A stretch of 64,000 nt of DNA from Chiloscyllium plagiosum. Lineage: Eukaryota. Position 1 is the first letter of the stretch, and each line of letters begins with the position of its first letter. Below, one piece after another: positions 38,580-51,165 of the stretch. Under the pieces are notes generated by a model, which was not told the origin of the DNA, did no database searches, and saw nothing but the letters and a program-made list of their open reading frames with translations. Both the position numbers and the translations under genes were made by a program. Location: contig NC_057757.1 of assembly GCF_004010195.1 (NCBI RefSeq), positions 9,560,726 to 9,624,725 of the forward strand, read 5' to 3'.

Positions 38580-40095
38580 CAGTCATAGAGTCATAGAGAT
38601 GTACAGCACAGAAACAGACCAACTTGTCCATGACGACCAGCTATCCCAAACTAATCTAGTCCCATTTGTCAGCACCCAGCCCATCTTTCCTATTCATATA
38701 CAGTACCCATCCAGATGCCTCTTAAATGTTGTAATTCTACCAGCCTCCACCACTTCCCCAGGCAGCTCATTCCACACACATACCACCCTCTGCATGAAAA
38801 TGTTCCCCTTTAGGTCTCTTTTATATCTTTCCCCTCTCACCCTAAACCTATGCCTCAAGTTTTAGGCTCCCCACCCCAGAGAAAAGACTTTGTCTATTTA
38901 TCCTATCCATGCCCCTTATGATTTTCTAAACCTCTATAAGGTCACGCCTCAACAGCCCCAGCCTGTTCAGCCTCTCCCTATAGTTCAAATCCTCCAATCC
39001 TCGCAGCTTCCTTGCAAATCTTTTCTGAGCCCTTTCAAGTTTCACAACATCCTTCCAAAAGGAAGGAGATCAGAATTCCAAAAGTAGCCTAACCAATGTC
39101 CTGTACAGCCACAACATGACCTCCCAACTCCTGTACTCAATACTCTGACCAATAAAGGAAAGCATACCAAACACCTTCTTCACTATCCTATCTACTTGAG
39201 ATTCCACTTTCAAGGAACTATGAATCTCTGCTCCAAGGTCTCTTTGTTCAGCAACCCTCCCTTGGACCTTACTATTAAGTGTATAAGTTCTGCTAAGATT
39301 TGCTTTCCCAAAATACAGCACCTCACATTTATCGAAATCAAACTCCATCTGCCATTCCTCAGCCCATTGGCCCATCTGATCAAGATCCTGTTGTAATCTG
39401 TGCTAACCTTCTTCGCTGTCCACTACACCTCCAATTTTGTTGTCATCTGCAAACTTATTAACTATACCTCTTATGCTCACATCCAAATCATTTATATAAA
39501 TTATGTAAAGTAGTGGACCCAGCACTGATCCTTGTGGCACTCCCCTGGTCACAGGCCACCAGTCTGAAAAACAACCCTGCACCACCACCATCCTCTGTCT
39601 TCTACCTTTGAGCTGGTTCTGTATCCAAATGGCTGGTTGTCTCTGTATTCCATGAGATCTAGCATTGCTAACCAGTCTCCCATGGGGAGCCTTTTCGAAC
39701 GCCTTCCTGAAGTCCATATAGATCACATCTACTGCTCTGCCCTCATTAATTCTCTTTGTTACTTTTTCAAAAAACTCAATCAAGTTTGTGAGACATGATT
39801 TTCCATGCACAAAGTCATGCCAAGTATCCCTACTCAGTTACTGTCTTTCCAAATACATGTAAATCCTATCCCTCAGGATTTGCTCCAACAACTTGTCCAC
39901 CACCAACGTCAGGCTCACCGGTCTATAGTTCCCTGGCTTGTTCTTACCACCCTTCTTAAACAGTGGCTCCACATTAGCCAGCCTCCAGTCTTCCGGCACC
40001 TCACCTCTGATTATCGATGATACAATACCTCAGCAGGGAGCCGCAATCACTTCTCTAGCTTCCCACAGAGTTGTTGGGTACACCTGATCAGGTCC
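38580..40095 (-). mobile_element. CR1 LINE (RT + 3' end, ~1.5 kb) nested in another CR1
   Basis: ORF 39403..39810 (GVPQGSVLGPLLY..INDLD..KFADDNK) and ORF 39070..39375; (agtcatag) tail. Confidence 0.93.
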
Positions 40096-41138
40096 TCCAT
40101 ATTTCAGAGTACACTCTGCATCATAGCAAAGACCTTTCACTGTCCTCCCCCCAGCCCTCTCCAAGCCTGTCCCGGGGAGGGGTTACCAATGCTCCAGGAT
40201 TGGTCTGGAGCCAATAGGAAAAATTTAGAGGGATATGGACCAAGCACAGGCAGGTAGGAGTAGTTAATTTGAGATTATGGTCAGTGTGGTCTGGTTGGAT
40301 TGAACGGTCTATTTCCATGCTGTATCACTCAATGACTATATGATATTTGACTGTCAACCAAATCACTTGCTTCTCCTTTTTAAATGTTTTTACATCTGGC
40401 GATTAGAAACTTTCAAATAAAATGGCAAATAAAATCCCATTCTTTAAAATATTCCTGTGATCTTTCTGCAAGATCATACTCAGCAGGTATTTGGGGATTA
40501 ATCTTCAATTCCCGGAGAGTCCAGGCCAATCCTGAATCACTGGCAATCCCTCCCCTTGGACAGGCTTGGAGAGGGCTGAGGGTGAATGGTCTTTGCTATG
40601 AAGTAAAGATATTTTGAACAGCGTACTTTGAAAATGGGGTGGATATTCCAGGCTATAAATCTAAAATAGTTATTCATAAATCCAATTATTCTTTCTACTA
40701 CTTTTTATCGCTTGTTAGGGGTAGGAATGATTCATTGTAAGGTTTGCCTCAAATCAGGCTTTAGCCACAACGGAAATAGGGTTTTAAACACTTCAACCTT
40801 TTAATAAACCTCCTTCCCACAGAACGTGCTTACAGTGTGGCACACACTGTGCTGAGGCAGTTACATGGTAAGTTAGATGAGCAATGAGGAAGAAGGGAAT
40901 AGAAGACTTTCTTAATCATGTTGTATGATAGAGGACTGGGAAGTGTGCAGAGATGCAGGAGCGGTTTCATGTAGACCATAAACACTGAAGGGCCCAGGTC
41001 TGGGTACCAGGATCAGATTGTTCCAAAATCCTGGAACTCCCTCCCCACCAATAGCATTATGGCTCTTGCTGTGGCACATGGACTGCAGCGGTTCAAGAAG
41101 GCAGCTCACCACCACCTTCTCAAGGGGCGGGAAATAAG

Positions 41139-41345
41139 TAGGAGAAAGTGAGGACTGCAGATGCTGGAGAGTCAGAATCAAAAAGTGTGGCGCTGGAAAA
41201 CCACAGCAGGTCAGGCAGCATCCAAGGAGCAGGAGATTCGATGTTTCAGGCATAAGCCCTTCATCAAGAATGCTTATGTCGACTCTCCTGCTCCTTGGAT
41301 GCTGCCTGATCTGCTGTGCTTTTCCAGTGCCATACTTTTCAACAC
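41139..41345. mobile_element. Fold-back Penelope-like mini-element
   Basis: 41180-41240 is inverted relative to 41277-41340; decayed hammerhead on the minus strand. Confidence 0.78.
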
Positions 41346-41694
41346 ACAGACAATAAGTAGCCCAGTGATGCTTCCATTCCATGAGTGAATCACAACAAAG
41401 AGGTGGCTAGCCCCAAGCTGGGAAATTCCACAAGCTACTAATCCCAATGCACACATTGGAGCCCTCTTTGTGGTGAATACCCGCAGACTGGATTACTTTG
41501 CTAGAGACTATTTCTTGCTTTCCACAGAGTTTGTATCTCCACTCTAGCCAAGGGCTGGGCTGGCTGACTTTCCGTTATGTACATAAACAGTCTGTTCAGA
41601 AACGTTATGCCATACCTCAGGAAGCAGGTAGGTTTTGAACCAGTGCATCATAACAACCATCATTAACTAATCAAGTAAGGTTTGTCTGTGAGGT

Positions 41695-41958
41695 TACTGA
41701 CTGTATGGAGTTTGCACATTTTCCCCGTGTTTTTCTCCAGGTGCTCTGGTTTCCTCCCACAATCCAAGGATGTGCAGGTTAGGTGAATTGGCCATGCTAA
41801 ATTGCCCGTAGTGTTCAGGGATATGTATGTTAGATGCATCAGTCAGGGGAAATGTACAGTAATAGATGTAGAGGAATTGGTCTGGGTGGGATACTCTTCT
41901 GAGATTCAGTGTGGACTTGTTGGGCCAAATTGTAGGAATTCTAATTCTAATTCTAATA
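41695..41958 (+). mobile_element. 5'-truncated HE1-like SINE
   Basis: SINE body plus (attcta)n tail. Confidence 0.85.
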
Positions 41959-43169
41959 TCTTTAAATACATCCATTAACAAAATCCCTTTTAGATGCTGA
42001 CAGAGGCTCACTGACTCCAGAATCAAAACAACAGTGACTACACTTCAAAAGTAATTCACCAGCTATAGTGTGCTTTGGGACATTGTGAGGCTGCAAGAAG
42101 TGTTGTACAAACACAAGACTTTCTTTGTTTCTTCAGCCAAGTTATCAAAACAGTGGGTCATTCTGAAGTAAAACCAAAACAGACACCAGGTCAGTCAGAG
42201 TCCACAGAGGGAAGACTTTTTTCAAAGTCTCACTTGTTCCAAACATTGGCTTGTACTGAGAACAAACAGTTTTTTTCTCAACAGATCCTGGCTGACCTAT
42301 ACTTTGTTCTTATGTGTTATTTTAAAAAAAACTGCAATTAGATCAACAGCGATGACAGACATCCCAGACCTCCCAATAATAGGGTAGGGATTCCAATATA
42401 GACACACTGACTGACTTTAAATAAACAATGTTGAATAATTTAATAGTTTGAGTGGTGAACACTATTCAGTTCCTGACTAAGTTAAATATTTCTTTCTCAT
42501 GTAGAGTCTATGGGCCTCAACCTTAATTTGAGAAATGTTGCTTTTTTCCAGTACAATTGATGGGAACTCATAATATTGACCTGGGGAGAGGGTCTATTGA
42601 ACAGGCAGGGTCTGATCCAGACAGATTGAATCTTGAATATTAAAACAGCCCAGAGACTTAAGAGTGGGTAGTTTTCGTGTGGTTTGCTTTGTGTTTAAAA
42701 TTTCTCACTCTTTCATTCGATACAACTAAATGAGTGAAAATGCTGCCGCACTGTTTCACCCAAAGTGGGGGGGGGTTGTCCCTCAGTATACATCAAAGAA
42801 ATGAAACCTTTTTAGTCAGAAAATAAGATTTCCTGTTTCCTGCAGTAAGAAAACTAGAATGTGGATTAGATTGTGCAGGAATCAACAGGAGACATTCTGA
42901 GGGACCAAGCGGCTGCTGTTGTTTTGATTTCCTTCACGTTGTGGGCCGCAGCTGACTGTCATTAAAGCTAGCTCAATGCTTCCTATCTTGAGTCATGCTC
43001 AGATCAGGCCTCGTAAAAATGTCCCATTAGCAGCATTTCCACCACATACCAATCAATCATCCTTCATTACTGCCAGCACTTTGAAAATAAACTGCGATAT
43101 ATTCTTTCTGAAGGCAAACAAATGTGACAATCAGTCACGCCCCATTCTGGAATACAAGTTTCACAATCA

Positions 43170-43835
43170 CAATGGCATAACCACCCTCAATGTCAACATC
43201 TTGGGGGTTACTATTGACAACTAACTGATTTGGACTAGATACATATAAACACAGTGGCTACAACAGCAGTTAAGGCTAGGAATACTGCAGGGAGTAACTC
43301 ACCTCCTGACTCCCCAAAGCCTATCCAACATCCACATGGCACAAGTCAGGAGTGTAATAAAATACTCCCCAGTTGCCTGATGGCTGTAGCTCCAACAACA
43401 CTCAAGAGGTTTGACACCATCCAGGACAAAACAGCATCAATCCACAAATATTGACTCCCACTACCACTGACACACAGTAGAAGCAATGTTTAGATGCATT
43501 GCAGAAATTCGCTAAGGGTCCTTAGACAGCACCTTTCAAACTGTGACCACTTTCATCTAGAAGGACAAGGGCAGCAGATAGAGAACACTATCGTATGCAC
43601 GTTCCCCTTCAATCCATTCACCATCCTGCTCTGGAACTGTATTATCATTCCTTCCCCATCACTGGGTTAAAAATCATGGAACTCTTTTCCATACAGGGCT
43701 GTGGGTGACCCTACACTATATGGACTGCAGCTATTCAAGAAGGCAGCTTACCACCACCTTCTCAAGGGCTACTATGAATGGGCAAGAAATGCGGGTCCAG
43801 GCAGTGACGACCACATCCCACAGAAGAATAAATAA
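43170..43835 (+). mobile_element. L2/Crack-like LINE 3' end
   Basis: VNILGVTID and AVAPTTLKRFDTIQDK; 3' UTR aggcagcttaccaccaccttctcaagggc...gaataaat. Confidence 0.75.
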
Positions 43836-43884
43836 TTACCCACCTCAGTATAAGGACCCTCTGTTCAGTGACTGCTTTAGCAAG

Positions 43885-44640
43885 ATACAAGATGCAACAG
43901 TCAAGAAGGCACAACAATGCCAGTTCTTCCTCAGGATGTTTAGGAAATGTGGCATGTCTATAAGGACCCTCACCAACCTTTACAGATGACCCATAGAGCA
44001 TACCTTCCAGGTGCATAATGGCCTGGTATGGCAACTGCTCTGCTCAGGACCGTAAGAAACTACAGAAGGTGGTGTGCACAGGCCAGACCATCACTGAAGG
44101 CAACCTTCCATCCATGGACTCATTGCCGTGGAAAGGCAGCCAACATCATCAAAGACCCCCTGCATCCCCACCCCAGCCCAGTTATACTCTCTTCCAAATT
44201 CTTTCATTGGGTAGATGATGCAGAAGCTTAAACACACATTCCAACAGGTTCAAGAACAGCTTCTTCCCTGCTGTTATTAGACTTCTAAATGGACCTAGGA
44301 GAAAGTGAGGACTGCAGATGCTGGAGATCAGAGCTGAAAATGTGTTGCTGGAAAAGCGCAGCAGGTCAGGCAGAATCCAAGGAGCAGGAGAATCGACATT
44401 TCGGGCATGTGCCCTTCTTCAGGAAATCCTGAAGAAGGGCTCATGCCCGAAACGTCAATTCTGAATGGACCTCTTTAATTTCAAGCCCAATGTTGATCCT
44501 GCTGTGTGCCCCTCCTGTGCAGCTGTAACCCTGTATGTCTGGCTCTGTCTGAGTTCCCTGTGATCTGTATGTCCTTGTTTGCTATGATCTGCCTGTACTG
44601 CCTGCAAAACAAACTTTTAAATCAAATCAAATCAACAACA
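43885..44640 (+). mobile_element. Rex1/Babar-like LINE 3' end, interrupted by a Penelope-like insertion
   Basis: VKKAQQCQFFLRMFRKCGMS..TLTNLYR and AWYGNCSAQDRKKLQKVV; (aaatc)n tail. Confidence 0.82.
44297..44463. mobile_element. Penelope-like mini-element with two back-to-back hammerheads and a 9-bp TSD (aatggacct)
   Basis: TSD at 44288-44296 and 44464-44472; inverted repeat centred at ~44426. Confidence 0.82.
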
Positions 44641-45819
44641 ATGTGAAAGAGTCTAAATGTGATAATTGTTAAGCATATCTTGGTTGGATAGACTGTGAGT
44701 ATACATTGGTTAATGATGGATAGATGAATAAGGGGTATGCGTTGGTTATAAGCTGAGAATGCACGGGGTCCAGAGACAGTGAGTTAGCTAGGACACCCTG
44801 TATAACAGCAGGAGGTTATGAGAGCATTGGCAGGGAGTGGGCACATTAAATCTGGGAGCAGCACTTGGCACAGCAGTTCCAAGACAGTGCTTTTAAATAT
44901 TTGAAACCCCCCTTTACAAGTTCCATTATCATATGAGATTGCAACGCTAGCAGGGAAAGAAACTAGACTCGCATTTTAATCACAATGTCAGCTCGTTCCT
45001 CATCTACTTGAAGGCAGATGAACTTCAATCCCATTGAAAATCTATTCTTAATCCAATGTTAGGTTTATCCCACATTAAACTGACACTTCATCTCAGACAG
45101 ACCTCAAAGATTCTGCCATTCTATAAAAAAAAATGGCGTCCAGGCCAATATTTATCCCTCAACCATTATGATTACAACAGATTAACTGCTCATGCCTCTC
45201 ACTGTGTTTGATGTGTTCAACTTGTGTTTTTACATTCTAAAGATGACTAACACTATGTAGCGATTGTAAACCACTTTGGGATGTGCTGAGGTTTGGAGCT
45301 ACCCAAATGCAACTCTTGCCTTCTTGAGTTCCCGTAATATTCCTCCTTTTCCAGCAGCTGTTTAATTCCTTTTGGCTGAAGGGTTTTGGACTCTGTTTTG
45401 TGTAGGGTTCGTAGCAACGGGGGTTTCCACATTTTAACTAGCCCCTGTGGTTGGGTGTGGTGATAACATGTGGAACAAGACTTATCCAATCACTGGACAG
45501 AGTCCCAGCCAGAGACAATTGTTTAATATTTGCAGAAAGTGCTATATTTGCATCTTCCGAAGTTGTTCCAAAGGTTAAACCAAATGTGCTCCAATGACAA
45601 ACATTTTTTTTATTCTGTACTTGGCCCATATTCAAGAAAAGCAATAAAATTTTTGATGAGCTGAATTTGTTTTTGGAAGGAACAGGGTGAGACCATTCAG
45701 CCCTCTCATTTCAGTTCGCTGAAGCAGTTCTTCAGGTTTGATTTCAGTTCCTTCATCATATAATGGAGTCTGTTACACCTTCACACTCACCTCTTTGTCT
45801 AGTTCCTCTTCAGAATGCA

Positions 45820-47200
45820 GTGGTGAACTGTGGCAGTCCATGAGCTGTAGTAGATCCAAGTGCTGTTAGGGACGGAATTCTAGGATTTTGACACTGCCAT
45901 GCTGAAGGAATGGTGTTATATTTCCAAGTCAGGATAGTGCGTGGCTTGATTAGATTAGATTAGATTAGATTAGATTAGATTACTTACAGTGTTAGGGACG
46001 GAATTCTAGGATTTTGACACTGCCATGCTGAAGGAATGGTGTTATATTTCCAAGTCAGGATAGTGCGTGGCTTGGAGGGGAACTTGCAGGTGGGAGTGTT
46101 CACATGTATCTGCTGCTCTTATCCTTCTCAATGGAAGTAGTTGTGGGTTTGGAAGGTGCTGTCTAAGGATCTTTGGTGAATTTCTGCAGTGTATCCTGTA
46201 GATAGTGCACACTGCTACTACTGAGCGTTGGTCGTGAAGGGAGTGGATATTTATGGACATGGTGCGAATCAAGTATGCTGCTTTGTCCTGATTGGTGCCA
46301 AGCTTCTTGAGTCTTGTTGGAGCTGCACCCATCCAGGCATGTGGGGAGTAATCCATCACACTCCTGACTTGTGCCTTGCAGATGGTGGACAGGATTTTGA
46401 GTCGGGGGTGGGTTACTCGCCACAGTATTCCAAGCCTTTGACTTGCTATTATAAGCACATTATTTTCATGGTTAGTCCAGTTCAGATTCTGGTTAATGCA
46501 AGCTTCTGATGGTAGTGGGGGGGAGGGGGGAGAGTCATCAATGGTAAGACCATTGAATGTCAAGTGTAATGGTTAGATTTTCTCTTATTGCAGCTGGTCA
46601 TAGGCTGCCATTTGTGTGATGTTAGTATTAGTTGCCATGTATCAGCCAAAGCCTGGATGAGGTCCAGGTCTTGCTGCATTTGATACTGCTTCAGGAGTCA
46701 TGAATGGTGTTGAACACTGTACAACCATCAGCGAACATCCCCACTTCTGACCTTATGGTGGAGGGAGGGTTATTGATGAAGGAGCTGAAGACGTTTGCAC
46801 ATAGGACACTGCCCTGAACGTGGTTAACACTGTTACCTCACAGTGCCAGGTATCTGGGTTCGATTCCACCCTCAGGCCACTGTCTGTGTGTTGTTTGCTC
46901 ATTCTCCCTGTGTCTGCGTGGGTGCTCCGGTTTCCTCCCACAATCCAAAGATGTGCAGGCTAGGTGGGTTAGCCGTGGGAAATACACAGTTACTGTGTCT
47001 GGGTGGGATGCTGTTCAGAGGGTTGGTATAGACTTAATGGGCTGAATGGCCTGTTTCCACACTGTAGGGGATCCTATGATTCTGAGCAACTCCTGCAAAG
47101 ATGTCTTTGAGCTGAGATAACTGACCTCCAACAACCGCAGCTCCTTTCCTTTTGTGCCAAATATTACTCCAATCAGCAGAGAGCTTTCCCCCTGTTTTTC
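45820..47200 (-). mobile_element. L2/Crack-like LINE fragment containing an 85-bp duplication and an HE1-like SINE (46815-47080, +)
   Basis: ORF 46042..46563 LSTICKAQVRSVMDYSPHAWMGAAPTRLKKL. Confidence 0.8.
45864..46074 (+). repeat. Perfect 85-bp direct duplication (45864-45948 = 45990-46074) flanking (ATTAG)6ATTACTTACAG
   Basis: Direct comparison of the two copies. Confidence 0.95.
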
Positions 47201-47295
47201 ATCCCTATAATTTTGCCAGGACTCGGCCCACCCAGAAGAATGAAGACAGCAGATGCACGGCAACATCATTACTTCTGAGCTACACAGCCTGACTT

Positions 47296-47625
47296 AGAAT
47301 CATTGAATCCCTGCAGCGTGGAAGCAGACCATTCAGCCCATCAAGTCCACACCGACCCACTGAACAACATCCCACGCAGACCTAACTCTGCATTTCCCAT
47401 GGCTAACCCACCTAACCTGCATCCCTGAATACTATGAGCAATTTGCATCGCCAATTCACCTAAGCTGCATATTTTCCGACTGTGGGAGGAAACCTGAATA
47501 TCTGGAGGAAACCCAAAGGGTTACGGGGAGAATGTGCAAATGCCACACAGACAGTCCTCCGAGGATGGGGTCAAACCCAGGTCCCTGTTGCTATGAGGCA
47601 GCAGTGCAAACCGCTGAGCCACCGC
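47296..47625 (-). mobile_element. HE1-like SINE (diverged)
   Basis: Reverse-complement tail, body and head. Confidence 0.8.
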
Positions 47626-48261
47626 ATCACAACTTGGAAGCATATGGCCATTCCTTCACTGTGTCTGGCTCCAAATCCTGGAATTCCCTTCCTAACAGTG
47701 TAGAGTACATTGCAATACCACAAACACGACAGTAGCTAAAACGTTGCAGCTCACCAACACCTTCCCCAAAGCAATAAATGTTGCTCTAGCCAGTGACACC
47801 CACCAATTATTTTTAACAATAGGCCATTTTGGTGCATTTTGATTTTGTTCAAAACGTTTTCACCTGAAGAATTGCACAATCTGCTATGCGCATTCTCCAT
47901 TACAGTTTAATCAGGTCTTGCTAATTTTAGATACTTTTATGATGTATTTGTTCACAAGCCCTGGAATGCTGTTCATGCATTGATATCACCTGATTATACT
48001 TAAATACACAAGGTCATAAATTGTTTGAGACTGTTTGAGCTATTCCTGGGACAGTAACCAGGTTTTTAGGCACATGGACACTCCCACTCTAGTATAACCT
48101 TCACCAGACATAAGGGTCCTTACTCTACTTCATTACAACCAACTAAATCACAATGAGACAAGTTGGCATGCAAATGAAAATAAAACACAGCCAATCACAA
48201 TTCACATTTAATGATCCTTTACTTCTAAAGAAAGTACAATGTCTGATTCTACGTCATATGA

Positions 48262-48535
48262 AGTAAGTTAAAAATCACACAACACCAGGTTATAGTCCGA
48301 CAGGTTTACTTGGAAGCACTAGTTTTCGGAGCGCTGCTCCTTCACCAGGTAGCTGTGGAGCAGGATATTAAGACACAGAATTTATAGCCTTATGGTCCTG
48401 CTCCATAGTTACCTGATGACGGAGCAGTGCTCTGAAAGCTAGTACTTCCAAATAAACCTGTTGGACTCTCACCAGGTTTTGTGGGATTTTTAACTTTGCA
48501 CACCCCAGTCCAACACCGGCTCCTCCACATCATAC
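48262..48535. mobile_element. Fold-back Penelope-like element, family 2, with a hammerhead in each arm
   Basis: 48265-48365 is inverted relative to 48395-48496. Confidence 0.78.
48410..48445 (+). ncRNA. Minimal hammerhead ribozyme motif (family 2)
   Basis: uac CUGAUGA c GGAGC agu GCUCU GAAA GC UA gua. Confidence 0.65.
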
Positions 48536-49149
48536 AAAGTAAGAGACATTTGCATTCAAGACCTTCCAAAGTGACGTCTAATGAAATATTCATTGAATCT
48601 GGTCAGTTGTACATCTCTATGACTCTATGACTCTAAGTGTCGTCACTGTTCAGATGTAAGAAACGTGGCAGCCAACATCTGCAGAGCAAGTTCCCACAAG
48701 CAGCAGTGAGATAATGGCTAGATAATTAATTGGCTTTTAGATGTCGGTTAAGGAACAAATGCTGGCAGATTATAAAAGTTAAACTCCCTTCTTTTCTTTG
48801 AATAATACCAAAGTATCTTTCACATCCATCCAAGAATGCCGACATGGTCCAACATCTATCACAACACTTCCCTCAGTACTCAATACAAACAAATCCATGT
48901 TTTATTTGCTCATTAGATGTGGGTTAGAGTCTCTTCAGGGCCAGACTAGGTAAAGACAGCAGATTTGATTCCCTACAAGGACATTAGTGAAGCAGATGGG
49001 TTTTTGCAATCATCAATAGTGGTTACCATTAGAAGCCAGTTCTTTTTTTTATTGAATTGGTTTCACTACGGAGGTATTCAAACCCATGCGCCCAGAACCT
49101 ACCAGTCCAGGGACATTACCACAACATGGCCACTTCTGTCAAGGCCCAA

Positions 49150-49620
49150 CTCCTTCAATCAGTCTTCGTAACTGAGGTTTCTCCAACCTGGAACCATTCT
49201 TATAAACCATACCTGCATTCCCTCCAAATGTATTCACATCTTTCTTATAATATGGTGCCTACAACTCTACACAATACTCCAGCCAGGGTCTTGCACAAGT
49301 TCAACATCACCACTTTGTTTTTGTACTCTATGACTCCTAAAGATGAGAACACGGAATGCTTTGTTAACTGCCCTCCTTACCTGTCCTGCCACCTTCAATG
49401 ATCTGTGCACATACACACATGGGTCCCTCTGCTCCTTTCGAGTCACACCCCCTATCTTATATTGTCTTTCAGTGTTCTTCCTACCAAAATACATCACCTT
49501 GTCCTTCTCTGCATTGCAACTCATCTGCTATCAACCACCACTTTACCAACATATTCATGTCCTATGGAATTCCACACTGTCCTTCACACAGTTTATAATT
49601 CCTACAGCATCTGTTCCATC
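49150..49620 (-). mobile_element. Degraded CR1 fragment
   Basis: ORF 49267..49524 KVMYFGRKN...VYVHRSLKVAGQV. Confidence 0.8.
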
Positions 49621-50320
49621 TGTTAGTTTTCTGTAATAAAAACCAAGGTCTGAGTGGTATAAATCAGAGGGCTGTTCGCACAACTAGTGGCAGAAAGGTG
49701 TAGCAGCATGATGACACGTTTACACAGAAAGCTCACATTATAAATGTTGGTGTAGGAATAGATCATGGAAAAGTGATATTGAGTCTTTGAGGCTAGCGTG
49801 GTGAATATATGGTGAATATATAAGATGGTGAATAATGGAGAGGGTTAGTAGCCCTGATCAAATGCCTATTTGCATGAATGTTGGTGTTTACTTTCTTGTG
49901 GAACTAATTCTGTGTGCGGAGTTATGGTTCTCATGAGAAACAACTTGGTTTGGATTATACATCAATGGAAGCATCACAACCTAAACTACCATCTCACTCT
50001 GCCCCACAGCAGGACTGTGATGTGCAATTTTTTTTTTGACTTAGGGTGAGTCATGTTTGACACCGAGTGTAGAAAAATACATCCTAGGTGAGGAAGTCAC
50101 AACTTTTGACACAAGCAGCAAATTGCATTTATATAGTGCCATTAATTTTTTTGAGCCATCCCAAGGTGGGCATAGTCAGACAAACTGTTACACTGAGTCA
50201 ATGAAGGGACACAGCCAAATGCTTCATTGAAGAGGTTGTTTTTTTTTGAAAGAAATTACAGAAGCACTGAGAAAGAAAGAGGCTGAAAGTTTTCTTTTGG
50301 GAGGGAATTGCAGAACCTGG

Positions 50321-50544
50321 TGTCGTGAGCTGGACCTCAGAATATGAGTTCCCTGATTGTGGCTGTTAATCTGGTCCAATCAGGGATCCCTGGCTGACAG
50401 AAAAGAACAGGACTGTCAGAGGTTCTGTTCACTCTGACAGCTGGCTCTGAGGGAGCTGGACCAATGCCAACTGCTATGTATGTATAAAGAAAGGGTGACT
50501 TGGTGACGGGATAGTGGCCTCTGTGGAGTTATTTAGTTATTTCA
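50321..50544 (+). mobile_element. Solo LTR, same Gypsy family
   Basis: TGT...GTTATTTCA ends, flanks cctgg/ccttg (4 of 5 match), homologous to the other LTRs. Confidence 0.85.
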
Positions 50545-50771
50545 CCTTGCACCAAGATAGCTCAGAACAGGGTTCCCAAAGGGTGGGGACACGCAGATAT
50601 TGTTGCAACCATTAATTTTGGGAAGGCTGCAGGTGGTTACAGCATGAGGGAGGGATGAGGACGTCACAGAAGAGACAGAACAGGACATTACAAATCCTAA
50701 AAAAGAGATGATGGTCGGCCAGAGGCCAGTGTCAGTCAGCGAGAGTGATGATGGGTAATTAGGCATTAGAC

Positions 50772-51165
50772 TTGATCCAAACACTATTGCGTCTTTGATG
50801 TGCTGTGATATTGTGTTCATTATGCTGTCCTTCAATCAGTGGCCTTGACTGAGCTGTCTGTGGTCATTCAACCAATGATAATTTCTCAACCATTGTTTTA
50901 TTGCAAGTCTGACTTGAATGAAATCATCAAAACTTTGTCTGTCTCGCTGCAGTTCCTCCAGTCAATCATTGATCCAAACACTATTGTGTCTTTGATGTGC
51001 TGTGATATTGTGTTCATTATGCTGTCCTTCAATCAGTGGCCTTGACTGAGCTCTCTGTGGTCATTCAACCAATGATAATTTCTCAACCATTGTTTTATTG
51101 CAAGTCTGACTTGAATGAAATCATCAAAACTTTGTCTGTCTCGCTGCAGTTCCTCCAGTCAATCA
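50772..51165 (+). repeat. Head-to-tail tandem duplication, 2 x 197 bp, two substitutions seen
   Basis: 50772-50968 compared with 50969-51165. Confidence 0.95.

Noticed and set aside
40121..40601. MITE with long TIRs
   Set aside because: No TSD was seen. The interior is the resumed tail of an older CR1 and the left arm abuts a CR1 5' truncation, so a templated filler explains it better.
45300..45375. Minus-strand EKEEYYGNSRRQELHL as the missing upstream PALM exon
   Set aside because: The similarity is only superficial, and the length and splice positions do not fit a phase-0 exon ending in K.
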